The notes: generated by a model from the letters alone, not told the origin. A DNA stretch of 42,288 nucleotides from Candidatus Falkowbacteria bacterium GW2011_GWF2_43_32 (GCA_000999715.1 LCGL01000004.1:1-42288), one strand, 5' to 3'; counted from the first letter of the stretch, positions 1 through 9,832 are shown. Made by a program: numbers and translations.

Positions 1-3000
1 GGCACTCAAATTTGTTGTCCGCAGGATACTTATAAAAAAGGCCGTTGCGTTGATGATAGCGGCGATTGCTTTTTAGATATACCGACTTCGGTTTTTGAAT
101 GGAGCTTTAGTACCGGCTTCGGAACTTCCACGCCCAACCCTTATGCTTACAGTTGCGCCGGGTTGTCGGATTATTACGGTTCTTGTCAAACCGGTTCCGC
201 TTGTCCCAATGTGCCGGGAAACTGTTCTCCTTATGCCGGCGGCGGCGAAAAAATTGTTGCCGTTTGCGATTTCAGTTGTGGCACTTTACCGGGCTGCGGG
301 AGTTTCGGTTCGAATAATTGTTCTTATGATGCCACGATTAACAAATGCGTAAAAAACGGCGACGGATCGGAATGCGACCTCAACGAGGATTTTACTTATG
401 AACTTAACAATTTGACGGTGGACACCGTCAAAACCTGCAACGCGAACGGCCAATGGGAAATTGCGACCGACGCTTCTTGTCCCGTTGATTGGGTGAGAAC
501 GGTCGGCGATAAATGTATTGATCCGAATTCCAGTTGTTCTCTTTGTTCTCTTGATTTTAAATGTGAAAAAATAAGTCCGACCGACAGCCGGGGAAGTTGT
601 GTCAGCGCCGCCGTGTGTCCGAGCGGAGCGACTTGTCGCGATAATCCGGTGGCCGGCGAAGCGGACAGTTGTGTTATCGCCGATACCGCGACTTGCGATT
701 GTTGCTGTACTATTGGGCAAGATACTCGTGACTGTTGTGCGCCTCTCACTTGCGAAGGAACTTGCGGGGCCGATACCGGTAAAACTTCCGGGGCGACCTT
801 GGGAAGATGTGGCGGTTGCGCCTCGGCCGGAGATACTCCCGCCGAACGCGATGCCGCTTGCAATTGTTCCGGACACACCGGCCAATATTGCGATATTAAT
901 AATCCGGCTTTTCCCGATGGCGTTTGCAGTGATTGCTCCGGTTTGAGTCAGGACAGCTGTGAAGATCACAGCGGCGCTTGTTGTTTTGATTCCCGAAATA
1001 CCGCGGCCGGAGACGATGATGTCTGTCGCGGCGGCTTGGCGATACTGGGCGGCGCCGATAACGGTTACTGCGCTTATTACAATTGTTCGGTCACCAACCC
1101 GACGGAATGTGCCGCCGATGTTCCCGCTAAAACCGGTGACTATACCAATCTCGATCGCTGTAAGCAAAAGTGCGCCGATCTTAATTCTTGTTCCAATTAT
1201 AAAACTTTAGCCGATTGCCAAACGGACAGTCGGTGTTGCTTTGACACTAAAAATACGGAAACCGGCGACGATGACGTTTGCAGTAATGGCGTGCCTATTG
1301 CCGATGGCGCCGATAGCGGTTATTGCGCCTATTATAATTGTTCGGAAGACAATCCGTCGGAAGATAATCCGAATGCTTGTGCTTTGGACGCCCCTTTTCG
1401 GTATGGAGCCTATAATAATGTTGAGTCTTGCGAGCGTTATTGCGACACTCCTCCTTCCGGTCAGGGCCTATCTTGCGCCGGAGAAACCGCTTCGCTGTGT
1501 TCGATTGACAGCTGTAATTTTCCGGGATTTGATTGTTTCTCTGCGGACGGCGATTTGGGAACGGTGGCTACCGGTTGTGGCACTTGTTGTTGCGATCCGC
1601 AGGCCGCCGTTGACTCCTGCTCGGCGATGGATCCGAATTTGGAATGTTTAGCCGACAAAGGTTCCTGTTCCGGCGCCGGTCGCGGTTTATGTTGCGGTTG
1701 TTCTCAGGACACGGAATGCGGATCGCCGGCGACTGTCGGCTGCGGTCTCGATACTTGTTGCGAAGCGCGTCCGGAAATAACCGACACTTTGCCGGAGCGC
1801 TCGGCTACCGGCGTTTGTCGCAATGCGGTCGTTAAAGTGAATTTCAATCAATTGATGGATCTGACCAGTTTTACCAATAATGTTTTATTGTTGGAGGAAC
1901 GCAATTACGGTGACGGCGTTTGTCCGACCGGCACCTTTATCGTTGACGCCGAGATGACGGATAATTTGGCATTGGCGAACGAAGCGACTTGGTGGTCAAA
2001 ATTAACCGGACGTATAGGAGGGAAACTGAAAAATTTATCTCGCCGTTTAGATAACCCGGTTTTGGCCGATGTGCCTGATCCGAGTAAATTATATTGCGCC
2101 GTACCGGGCACCGTTTCCGGAGAAAACGATAATCAATCCAGCGCTTTAATATTCGCTCCGAAAAAAATCTTGGCGCCGGCTACCAATTATTATTTAATAG
2201 TTTTGGGCGACACGGAGTTAAATAGCCAAACCGGCGTTTTAAGTTTGTCATCTGTCGGTTTCAACGGCTGGGGCTATTGGGACGCGGCGGCCAAAGAGGG
2301 CGTCGGCGCTTATGTGGAAGGCAAGGCGATTGAATTCAACGGCCAGGATTATGTAAACTCGCATATTATTAAATTTTCCACCTTATCGGGCGACGGTCCG
2401 ACTTCGGGCATTTGCGCCATCGATCATGTTTCCGCTTATCCGACGTCTTATCTTTTTAAAACTTCCGAGAACAGCTTGGATGAAAATGACGTCAATCCCG
2501 GTGACGCCAGTTTTGATACCCAAGCCGATAAAGATAAAGTCTTTGCGGCTTGGGCGTATAGCGATCATGATCAGATTTTGCAACCGGTTACCGGTTATTT
2601 CTGGGATTGGGATTTTTCTTTAAGCAATTCGGAGGTGGCCACCATAGCTACGGGAGACACGGTTCGCGGCTTGCCCGACAACAAAATTTTGGTGACCGCC
2701 AAAACCGGCGTGACCGACGCGGAAGCGGAGATCGTGGCCACGATTAATATGGATCGCTTTTTAAGTTCAAGTTGTGCCAGTGGAGCTTGCTCCTGCCAAG
2801 GCAGTGATTGTTTCAACAGTTGTTGTAACGTTTACAGCGGCGGTGACGGCTTCAATGAATCCAGCAGTCTTTATGTCTTTCTTTGTGATAATCCTTGGCC
2901 ACCCGTCAGTCCGACCGGGATTTGGTCGCCTTGGGTAGACACTTGCGAAGGCTCGCTCGGCGCCGATTGCGCCAATTATAATTATAAATTTTATTATTGC

Positions 3001-3837
3001 CGCGATGCCGGTGGTGCGGGCACCTTGGATGATTTGCCGGCAATTGTTAATGAAGCGGTTATTCGCGGTCTGAGCGCCAATTTGATTTGCAGTTCCGACA
3101 ATAGCCCTTGCTCTGCCAGCGGTGACGCTTGCGGTTTGGACAAAACGGGCGACGGCATTCCCGACGGGCTATGTATTTGGAACGTTTTGAAAGAATCTTA
3201 TTTTTTCCGAGAAGCGATTTTATCGGCCGGAGAAATAATCAGCGCCGTCGATCAGAAAAATGACGGACAAGTTAAGGTTACTTGGCGTTCCAATGCCGAA
3301 TCCGTCGGCTCTTATAAGATTTATTATTTGCCGTCCGGACAAGGAACGATGTTAACCAAAGAAGTTTTGCCGAGTGAAGCCTGCACTTTATCAAGAAAGA
3401 TTTATAACTGTGAAACCGTAGTGACGAATTTAATCAACGACTCTCTTTATGTTTTCAAGATGAGCGTCATTTCGGTCAATAAAACGGAAAGTGATTTGTC
3501 CGGCGAGGTCAGCGCGACACCGACCGATCAATTGGCGCCGCAGGCTCCGACGAATCTGAGTGCTAATTTGGTTGGTGAACAATTGACCGTTTCTTGGCGA
3601 GCGAATACCGACGATACCGTTTACTATCGTTTACGCCACGGTCTGTCTCCTTTAAAATATGGCGAGTCTTTTGATTCTCCGGCGCAAGCGACGCAATTGG
3701 TATTTTCCTCTGTGGAGGCGTCGCAATTTTTTACGGCCGGCCGGCATTATTTGGTTTTGACGGCCCTGGATGACAGCGATAACGAAAGTGCGCCGTCGAG
3801 AGAGATAAATTTTTTGGTTCTGGCCGAGCCCCAATAG
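1..3837 (+). CDS. Giant cysteine-rich secreted/surface protein, 5'-truncated by the window edge, with a C-terminal Ig-like and two FN3-like domains
   Basis: Frame 1 is open from nt 1 (GTQICCPQDTYKKGRC...), so the TTG at 163 in the ORF track is not the true start. By hand count there are about 70 Cys in the first ~560 listed residues, with CC/CCC clusters. An SbsA-Ig-like stretch reads PEITDTLPERSATGVCRNAVVKVNFNQLMDLTSF. Two FN3-like stretches read VKVTWRSNAESVGSYKIYYLP and LTVSWRANTDDTVYYRLRHG. Confidence 0.85.
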   Translation, partial: GTQICCPQDTYKKGRCVDDSGDCFLDIPTSVFEWSFSTGFGTSTPNPYAYSCAGLSDYYGSCQTGSACPNVPGNCSPYAGGGEKIVAVCDFSCGTLPGCGSFGSNNCSYDATINKCVKNGDGSECDLNEDFTYELNNLTVDTVKTCNANGQWEIATDASCPVDWVRTVGDKCIDPNSSCSLCSLDFKCEKISPTDSRGSCVSAAVCPSGATCRDNPVAGEADSCVIADTATCDCCCTIGQDTRDCCAPLTCEGTCGADTGKTSGATLGRCGGCASAGDTPAERDAACNCSGHTGQYCDINNPAFPDGVCSDCSGLSQDSCEDHSGACCFDSRNTAAGDDDVCRGGLAILGGADNGYCAYYNCSVTNPTECAADVPAKTGDYTNLDRCKQKCADLNSCSNYKTLADCQTDSRCCFDTKNTETGDDDVCSNGVPIADGADSGYCAYYNCSEDNPSEDNPNACALDAPFRYGAYNNVESCERYCDTPPSGQGLSCAGETASLCSIDSCNFPGFDCFSADGDLGTVATGCGTCCCDPQAAVDSCSAMDPNLECLADKGSCSGAGRGLCCGCSQDTECGSPATVGCGLDTCCEARPEITDTLPERSATGVCRNAVVKVNFNQLMDLTSFTNNVLLLEERNYGDGVCPTGTFIVDAEMTDNLALANEATWWSKLTGRIGGKLKNLSRRLDNPVLADVPDPSKLYCAVPGTVSGENDNQSSALIFAPKKILAPATNYYLIVLGDTELNSQTGVLSLSSVGFNGWGYWDAAAKEGVGAYVEGKAIEFNGQDYVNSHIIKFSTLSGDGPTSGICAIDHVSAYPTSYLFKTSENSLDENDVNPGDASFDTQADKDKVFAAWAYSDHDQILQPVTGYFWDWDFSLSNSEVATIATGDTVRGLPDNKILVTAKTGVTDAEAEIVATINMDRFLSSSCASGACSCQGSDCFNSCCNVYSGGDGFNESSSLYVFLCDNPWPPVSPTGIWSPWVDTCEGSLGADCANYNYKFYYCRDAGGAGTLDDLPAIVNEAVIRGLSANLICSSDNSPCSASGDACGLDKTGDGIPDGLCIWNVLKESYFFREAILSAGEIISAVDQKNDGQVKVTWRSNAESVGSYKIYYLPSGQGTMLTKEVLPSEACTLSRKIYNCETVVTNLINDSLYVFKMSVISVNKTESDLSGEVSATPTDQLAPQAPTNLSANLVGEQLTVSWRANTDDTVYYRLRHGLSPLKYGESFDSPAQATQLVFSSVEASQFFTAGRHYLVLTALDDSDNESAPSREINFLVLAEPQ
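979..1344 (+). repeat. Tandem duplicated Cys-rich module inside the giant ORF, period 255 nt (85 aa)
   Basis: CCFDSRNTAAGDDDVCRGGLAILGGADNGYCAYYNCS (979-1089) matches CCFDTKNTETGDDDVCSNGVPIADGADSGYCAYYNCS (1234-1344). The Cys spacing is identical in both copies. Confidence 0.8.
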
Positions 3838-3858
3838 TAGCAGTAATCAATTATTTAT

Positions 3859-6800
3859 ATGATAAAGAAAGTTAAATTTAATTTAATTCCGGTTATCATC
3901 GGTATTTTTTGGTTTCTATCGGCCTTATCTTCAGCGGCGGCCACGGCGGATAGCGCCGATGCTATCGCGGTGCGCGTTGTTCCCAATCCGGAACACTACA
4001 GTATCGGCCGTTGGTATGCCAGTCAGGGATTTTCCGGGTCGCCGCAAGCACTGGTGGTTGACGGGTATGAAGCGATTCGGGACGGACGTACGGTTTATGT
4101 CAATGCCGCCAATATCGATCCGAATACAAAAACTATTTATACGAATATTTATTTGATTTCTTATAATCAAGATCCGGCGCCCAATACCGTCGATATTTTG
4201 GGGCAAATCGTTTCTCACTGGAAATTTAACAGTAATTTGGAGGAAGGTAGCGGAGCCAAGCCTACTTGTTCTATTTCTTCGGTCAGTTGTACCGGCGATA
4301 CGGACTGCGGTGCGGAACAGATTTGCGGTACCGCAGCCGCCGGTATCGCCTCCAGTTCTTGTTTGTTAAAAACTTCGAAAAATTGTTTGGTGGACAGCGA
4401 TTGTCCGACCAATTTTTTCTGCGATAGCGTTAAAGCCAAAATTACCCGCGACGTTAAACGGCTCGGTCAGCTGGAGGATTTAAAGGAATTGTTATTCAAT
4501 TTTAAAAATGTCAACAATCATTATCCTTTATTGACTGCCGGGACCTATCTTCCCGGTAACAGCGTCTCGGTTTGGCCCAGCTGGTCGCAAGCTTTGTTGT
4601 CGGACTTGAACGCCAAACAAAATTTTATCGATCCCATTAATCGTCTTGGCGCTTGTTCCGGTTATGATTCCAAAACTTGTTGGAACGAAAATACGCGTCG
4701 TTTCGTTAACGCGCCTAGCGCCGCCAACTTGGCTTTGCCGACCGGCAGTTACGCATTCGCTTATTCCGTAGACGCCAATGGTTCTCAGTATAATTTATGC
4801 GGTGTTTTGGAGAGTCGCGAAGCGGCTTTAAATTATCGTTTTTCGCCTAACGATCCGGCCGGTTCGGCTTGTGTCACGGCCACCGGGATTACCAGCGACG
4901 GTCAAGCCGCCAATACGGCGCCGCAATTGGTCGACAAACTTTTGGTGGGCGAAGCGGCCCGGGAGTTTAACGGTTTTATCAAGGTTAAAGATGTCGAAAA
5001 TAATTCTTTATCTTGGACCATTACCAAAAGCGGCAGTTGGTCGGGTTGGCAGGGCGGGCCGGTTTTGCAAGATACCAGCAATCCCGATCAGAAAAAAATT
5101 TATGCCACCAAGACCGGCAATCCCGGAACTTATAATTTACAGTTGACCGTCTCCGATAATCAGGGAGGAGTATTGACTACTTCTACGCCCATAACCATTC
5201 TCGGATTGGCTCCGTTCGTTGAAGCGGAAAATGTGGAGTACGTCCTTAATCCCCAGGAGCCTTTTAATTACAGCTTTTTCTTTAGCGGTAGTAATCAGAG
5301 CGTTCCTCAGAATTCTTATACCGTTACCCCAACGGCCGGCCCCTTTAATTTATTGACGGCGCCCAGCATATCCAAAGTATTTTCTGTCGCCGGCGAAAAT
5401 CGTTATAAGGTAGAATATCGCGGCTTGATTTCCACGACCGCGGCGTTAACCACCGAATTTTATCAGGATACGGATTTTGCTTATCAAATTAAAGTGAATA
5501 ACAACTATCGCGCTTCCACCACCAAAAATTTTTCCATCAAAATCAAAGTAAATAATCCGTCATTGAATTTTAATTGTTCCGAAGCCGCCCGTCTTAATCA
5601 GCCTTACGTTTGCGAAATTGGCCCCACTAAACAGGGCGACGATTTAATCACTTATTCCTCTCCGAGCGGTTTGCCGCCCGGCTTAAGTTTGGTTGATGAC
5701 GCATCGGTAAAGTTTTTGCGAGGAGTGCCGACCGCCAAAACGCCCGGTCGGACAATATCCATTAAAGCCAAAAATCAATACGGCGCCTCCACTACCAAGG
5801 AATTTATTCTCAAGGTCAATACTTTTTGCGGCGATGGTATTAAGCAGTTAAATACGGAGGGCGGCGGCGGTATCTATAATGATGGCGATGAAGATTGCGA
5901 TATTAATAGTGGCGTGGCCGGTACGGTAGGCGATAGCAATGTTGCCAAACAATATGGTTGTCAAACGGTGGATGCCGACACCCCCAATCCGATTCCCAAT
6001 AATAATTACTGCGTTTTCAAATCGCCGCTGGAAGGGGGCGGGTATTGCGGCGACGGCTATTGCCAATGTCTAGCTAATCCGAAAACCGGAGCCTGCACCT
6101 GGGAGAATTGCAAGAATTGCAATACGGATTGTGCGAGCTGTACCGCGACGATAGCCTCATATGCCAAAGAAGAACAGGTAGCTTATTTTAATGGCAATCA
6201 GATATATAAAACCGGTAAAAGCGGTGTTTTGGGCGAGGCTAATGTGACGATTGCCAATGGTGATAATGTTTTTGCTTTTTGGGCGCATACCTTGTCCGCC
6301 TCCAATTATGGCTTGGCTTTTCGTTTGTTGTTAGGCCCGAAGAACGCCCCTTATGATGTGGTTGATTCTTCCAACTTTGCGTTGAAATGTGCCGTCGATC
6401 CTGAACATACTTTCGATACCGCCGACGGATTGTCCGGATCGGATTATGATCCGGCCAATGAACTTGTCAGAAGCAATTATAATTGGACACAGGTTGATTT
6501 TCCGGAATCGACCGATTTCGCTTCGTCCACCTTAACGGACAAACTCAGTGTCTTGCCGAAAATTACAGTGACTACCGGTAAAGTGACCGGTAGCCTGCCT
6601 TACGCCTGGCACCCGAACTCTAGTCAATTGGGTTTATATTGTCGCCTAAATTATTATTATGATTATGACCAGCTTGGTCGGTGCCGGCCGGCCTGCGAAG
6701 GCAAGGAATGCGGTCCGGACGGTTGCGGCAACACTTGCGGCCCGGCTTGCTCTGTCCGTTATCCTGCATATACGGCGGCTTATACGCAGTGTAAGGCCAG

Positions 6801-7329
6801 CACAGATTATCTTTGCGTTTGTACGCCGAGTTGTGTCGGTAAATGCGTCGGCGAAGGCGACGGCTGCGGCGGGACTTGCCCCATCAACAGTACAGGGACA
6901 AATAACGTTTGTTCTTCCAGCTCTGAAGTAAAAACCTGTTGGAGTGTTTTAGGTTGGCCGTCCGGAAGTTATACCGGGGACGCGCCCTGTAACGACACTT
7001 GTTCCGGCTATGATACTTCTCAGTGTCAACCTGATATGAGTTATTGGTATAAGGTGCCGGAGTCGGAAGAAAGTCATTTAATTGCCGGTGTAACGGAGTG
7101 TGCGGTTAAGTTTGATGTTGATGCAAACAATCGAATTCTTTGTCGGCATTTTCCTTCTCCGGTTACCGCTACGGCCCAATGGTTTAAGGGGGTAATTACT
7201 GAGCCTGATACTGTCAAAATTTGTTCAGTTCCGGGATGTTCTGAAATGGTCAATCCTAATAAATGTCGCTGGACATCTATACCAGAGCCTAATTGGACCG
7301 GTTATTGTTACGTCCACAAGACTTGGTGA
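3859..7329 (+). CDS. Giant cysteine-rich surface protein with an N-terminal signal/anchor, an Ig-like (He_PIG-type) domain and CGDG-type Cys-rich repeats
   Basis: ATG start. N-terminal hydrophobic segment LIPVIIGIFWFLSALSSAAA. Ig-like segment PYVCEIGPTKQGDDLITYSSPSGLPPGLSL...GVPTAKTPG. Repeats FCGDGIKQ...DGDEDCD and GGYCGDGYCQ resemble the Myxococcus-type Cys-rich repeat. The C-terminal segment CEGKECGPDGCGNTCGPAC...CVGEGDGCGGTCP is Cys/Gly-rich. Confidence 0.85.
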   Translation: MIKKVKFNLIPVIIGIFWFLSALSSAAATADSADAIAVRVVPNPEHYSIGRWYASQGFSGSPQALVVDGYEAIRDGRTVYVNAANIDPNTKTIYTNIYLISYNQDPAPNTVDILGQIVSHWKFNSNLEEGSGAKPTCSISSVSCTGDTDCGAEQICGTAAAGIASSSCLLKTSKNCLVDSDCPTNFFCDSVKAKITRDVKRLGQLEDLKELLFNFKNVNNHYPLLTAGTYLPGNSVSVWPSWSQALLSDLNAKQNFIDPINRLGACSGYDSKTCWNENTRRFVNAPSAANLALPTGSYAFAYSVDANGSQYNLCGVLESREAALNYRFSPNDPAGSACVTATGITSDGQAANTAPQLVDKLLVGEAAREFNGFIKVKDVENNSLSWTITKSGSWSGWQGGPVLQDTSNPDQKKIYATKTGNPGTYNLQLTVSDNQGGVLTTSTPITILGLAPFVEAENVEYVLNPQEPFNYSFFFSGSNQSVPQNSYTVTPTAGPFNLLTAPSISKVFSVAGENRYKVEYRGLISTTAALTTEFYQDTDFAYQIKVNNNYRASTTKNFSIKIKVNNPSLNFNCSEAARLNQPYVCEIGPTKQGDDLITYSSPSGLPPGLSLVDDASVKFLRGVPTAKTPGRTISIKAKNQYGASTTKEFILKVNTFCGDGIKQLNTEGGGGIYNDGDEDCDINSGVAGTVGDSNVAKQYGCQTVDADTPNPIPNNNYCVFKSPLEGGGYCGDGYCQCLANPKTGACTWENCKNCNTDCASCTATIASYAKEEQVAYFNGNQIYKTGKSGVLGEANVTIANGDNVFAFWAHTLSASNYGLAFRLLLGPKNAPYDVVDSSNFALKCAVDPEHTFDTADGLSGSDYDPANELVRSNYNWTQVDFPESTDFASSTLTDKLSVLPKITVTTGKVTGSLPYAWHPNSSQLGLYCRLNYYYDYDQLGRCRPACEGKECGPDGCGNTCGPACSVRYPAYTAAYTQCKASTDYLCVCTPSCVGKCVGEGDGCGGTCPINSTGTNNVCSSSSEVKTCWSVLGWPSGSYTGDAPCNDTCSGYDTSQCQPDMSYWYKVPESEESHLIAGVTECAVKFDVDANNRILCRHFPSPVTATAQWFKGVITEPDTVKICSVPGCSEMVNPNKCRWTSIPEPNWTGYCYVHKTW

Positions 7330-7366
7330 TGAAACAATCAGAAATGAGAAATTTTAAATAAACTTT

Positions 7367-7687
7367 ATGATAAAAAGTAAAAAAATGATTATTATGCTGA
7401 TTGTGTCGGTCGCGATTATCGCGGCGATCATTGTTTTGATAATCATTAACGCTAAAAAAGATATTTTATCTCCCGGTGTTCCGATTATGGAAATTGCGCC
7501 CGACATTTTGGTTGACGCGGAGAAAGAAAAATTGGGCGTGCCGCTGGAAACGGAAATTCAGGCTTTGAAACGCGGCGAGAGCGGAGAAGTGTTGATTTAT
7601 AAAACGATCGAAAGCGAAGAAGATTTAGTCGGCAATCCGGCGGCGATTAAACCCATCAGTCCCAATCAGGGAGAAAATGTTGAATAA
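7367..7687 (+). CDS. Small single-pass membrane protein (hypothetical)
   Basis: ATG start. N-terminal TM segment MIIMLIVSVAIIAAIIVLIII followed by a soluble acidic tail. Same strand as the neighbouring surface genes and closely spaced with them. Confidence 0.5.
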   Translation: MIKSKKMIIMLIVSVAIIAAIIVLIIINAKKDILSPGVPIMEIAPDILVDAEKEKLGVPLETEIQALKRGESGEVLIYKTIESEEDLVGNPAAIKPISPNQGENVE

Positions 7688-7748
7688 AGCTGGTCAAAAG
7701 TTTCATTATTCGTTATAATTTAGATATTAGAAAATTTAGTGAAAAAAT

Positions 7749-8528
7749 ATGTTTAATGATTTGAACAACGCCAACGATCAAGCTCGTCAACAGGTAGACG
7801 ATATTTTTGCCGAAACCGACAAAACGGCAGAAAACAATATCGCCGCCGTCTCGCCGTCGCCGACGGCCGCGCCCGCGGCCGGAGCGGAGATTGAAACGCA
7901 AAAAATCGGCCTGAATGCCGGTGAAGAAAGCGCCGAAGAGTCTGCGGAAACCGCCGGCGCCAACAAATGGTTTAAAATCGTTTTGATTCTAATCGTAACC
8001 GCCATCGTGGTGTTGGGCGGTTATTTGGTCTACAGTAAATTTTTCGTTGCCGCTGAGGTGGTTCCGGAAGTTAAAGCGCCGGTGGTCGCGACGACACCGT
8101 CAACGGTTGTAGTCGAAGAATCCGGGTCTTTTGTCACTCCGACCGGCGAAGGATCGGCCTTGGATACGGAGGATAGTTTATTGGCGGATAGCGAGGAAGA
8201 AGTGATTCCGGAAATTCCTGGCGTTAATGATTCGGAGACCGCAGACGAAGTGCCGGAAGAAACCGTTCCGGTTGTTTTGGTTGATTCCGACAGCGACGGT
8301 TTGAATGATGCCGAAGAAAAAATCGCCGGCACCAATATTAATGTCATTGATACCGATAATGACGGCTTGAGCGATTACGAAGAAGTGAAAATTTATCTTA
8401 CCAATCCTCTTAATTCCGATTCGGACGGCGACGGTTACACGGATGGTGAGGAAGTGAAGGCCGGATATAATCCGAAGGGCGACGGTAAGCTGGCGGATAT
8501 AGTGGCCGATGAGACCGTAACGCCGTAA
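7749..8528 (+). CDS. Single-pass membrane protein with thrombospondin-type-3-like Ca-binding DxDxDG repeats
   Basis: The layout is a cytoplasmic tail, a TM segment (FKIVLILIVTAIVVLGGYLVY), a low-complexity linker, then the repeats. The repeat region reads VDSDSDGLNDAEE...DTDNDGLSDYEE...NSDSDGDGYTDGEE. Confidence 0.75.
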   Translation: MFNDLNNANDQARQQVDDIFAETDKTAENNIAAVSPSPTAAPAAGAEIETQKIGLNAGEESAEESAETAGANKWFKIVLILIVTAIVVLGGYLVYSKFFVAAEVVPEVKAPVVATTPSTVVVEESGSFVTPTGEGSALDTEDSLLADSEEEVIPEIPGVNDSETADEVPEETVPVVLVDSDSDGLNDAEEKIAGTNINVIDTDNDGLSDYEEVKIYLTNPLNSDSDGDGYTDGEEVKAGYNPKGDGKLADIVADETVTP

Positions 8529-8540
8529 AAAATCGTTTTT

Positions 8541-8735
8541 ATGTTAAATATTCCTCGCGATAAACCACGTACGCGGCCGGGCGTCTTGACTGACAATTCC
8601 AAGACCCAGCCGCGTTTGTCTTTAAGCCTCCATACCATGCCGCAGACGGCGGACAATCATTTTAAAAAATGGTTGATTTTGGGTTTATTGGTCTTCGGTT
8701 TGATGGTAATTATCGCTATTTTATTAGTGTGGTAA
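8541..8735 (+). CDS. Possible small tail-anchored membrane protein; an alternative start is ATG 8637, giving 32 aa
   Basis: C-terminal hydrophobic segment WLILGLLVFGLMVIIAILLVW. No recognisable motif. Short. Confidence 0.25.
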   Translation: MLNIPRDKPRTRPGVLTDNSKTQPRLSLSLHTMPQTADNHFKKWLILGLLVFGLMVIIAILLVW

Positions 8736-8741
8736 ATTTTT

Positions 8742-9797
8742 ATGTTTTCTAAAGACAAAAACAACTCGGCGGCATCGGATAATAATCAAGATTCTGCGAT
8801 TGTTGAACAAGATTTGATTGTCCATAATATGCCCAATGCCGGAGCTTGGAACGAACAAGCGGCCGGTTCGTCGGCTGTCGCCGCTTCTAATTTCGGAAAT
8901 GGCATTGACGCCAAGAAAAATTTTAAAACCGTCGGCTTGGTGATAATCGGCGTGGGAGCGGTTTTTATCGTCGGTTTAGCTTATTTGGCTTATCAATTTA
9001 TTATTGCGCCGGTAATCGGGCGCAATGAACCGGTGGCCATTGCGCCGGCGGTCATTGAAGAAATTTCTCCCGCGGCCGAGCTGTTGATTTCGGAAACGCC
9101 GGCAGTCACCGCGACCGCCACCGAATTGTCAACCGTTACGCCGACAACATTGGATCTGACCGATGTCGCTTCTTCGTCCGTTGACGGCGAAGCGGCGGGA
9201 GAGATAACGATGAACGAAGAATTTGTCGGACAAGGCGAAAGTCGTTTTCCGCCGCCGACAGATTCCGATAACGACGGTTTGTATGACGAAGAAGAAGAAA
9301 TTTTGGGCATCAGCGGCGCGACCGTGGATTTCGACGGCGATGGTTACGACGATTTGGCGGAGATCAACAACGGTTATGATCCGGCCGGACCCGGACGGCT
9401 GGAAGCCAACATTTATTTAGCCAAACACATTGACGCGCTTGTCGGTTACGAGATGTTATATCCGAAAGATTGGCCGTTGCAATCCGCCGCCGGAGGTCTG
9501 GCCGTTATTTTTAACGCTCCGGACGATTCTTTAATGCAGATTTCCGTTCAAGAAAATACCGATAAAGTCGGCATTCTTAATTGGTACCAAAATTATTTTC
9601 CGACCGCCGTCGTCGGTTATGACGATTTAGAAAATACGGATAGCTGGGAGGGTGTCATGGGCGAAGACGGCTTGAATTTTTATTTGACCGATCAACAGCG
9701 TGCTAATATTTTTGTCATTTCTTATATTCCGGTCGCCGATCGTTTCGCCTATCTTAATATTTTTCGCTTGCTGATCGATTCTTTAACGATAAAATAG
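8742..9797 (+). CDS. Single-pass membrane protein with DxDxDG (TSP3-like) repeats and a C-terminal globular domain
   Basis: Same layout as 7749-8528: a tail, a TM segment (TVGLVIIGVGAVFIVGLAYLAYQFII), a linker, then DSDNDGLYDEEE...DFDGDGYDDLAEINNGYDPAGPG, followed by a domain of about 130 aa. Confidence 0.75.
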   Translation: MFSKDKNNSAASDNNQDSAIVEQDLIVHNMPNAGAWNEQAAGSSAVAASNFGNGIDAKKNFKTVGLVIIGVGAVFIVGLAYLAYQFIIAPVIGRNEPVAIAPAVIEEISPAAELLISETPAVTATATELSTVTPTTLDLTDVASSSVDGEAAGEITMNEEFVGQGESRFPPPTDSDNDGLYDEEEEILGISGATVDFDGDGYDDLAEINNGYDPAGPGRLEANIYLAKHIDALVGYEMLYPKDWPLQSAAGGLAVIFNAPDDSLMQISVQENTDKVGILNWYQNYFPTAVVGYDDLENTDSWEGVMGEDGLNFYLTDQQRANIFVISYIPVADRFAYLNIFRLLIDSLTIK

Positions 9798-9832
9798 TTT
9801 TAGCCAAATGCTTGTCGTGCCCGTTTTAAAAA

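Noticed and set aside
286-1167. 293-aa minus-strand ORF, with several other 60-160-aa ORFs on both strands, inside the first giant gene
   Set aside because: They lie entirely within a much longer ORF that has clear domain content. Their translations are low-complexity (Ala/Gly/Arg/Thr-rich), as expected for out-of-frame or antisense readings of Cys/Gly/Asp-rich coding sequence.
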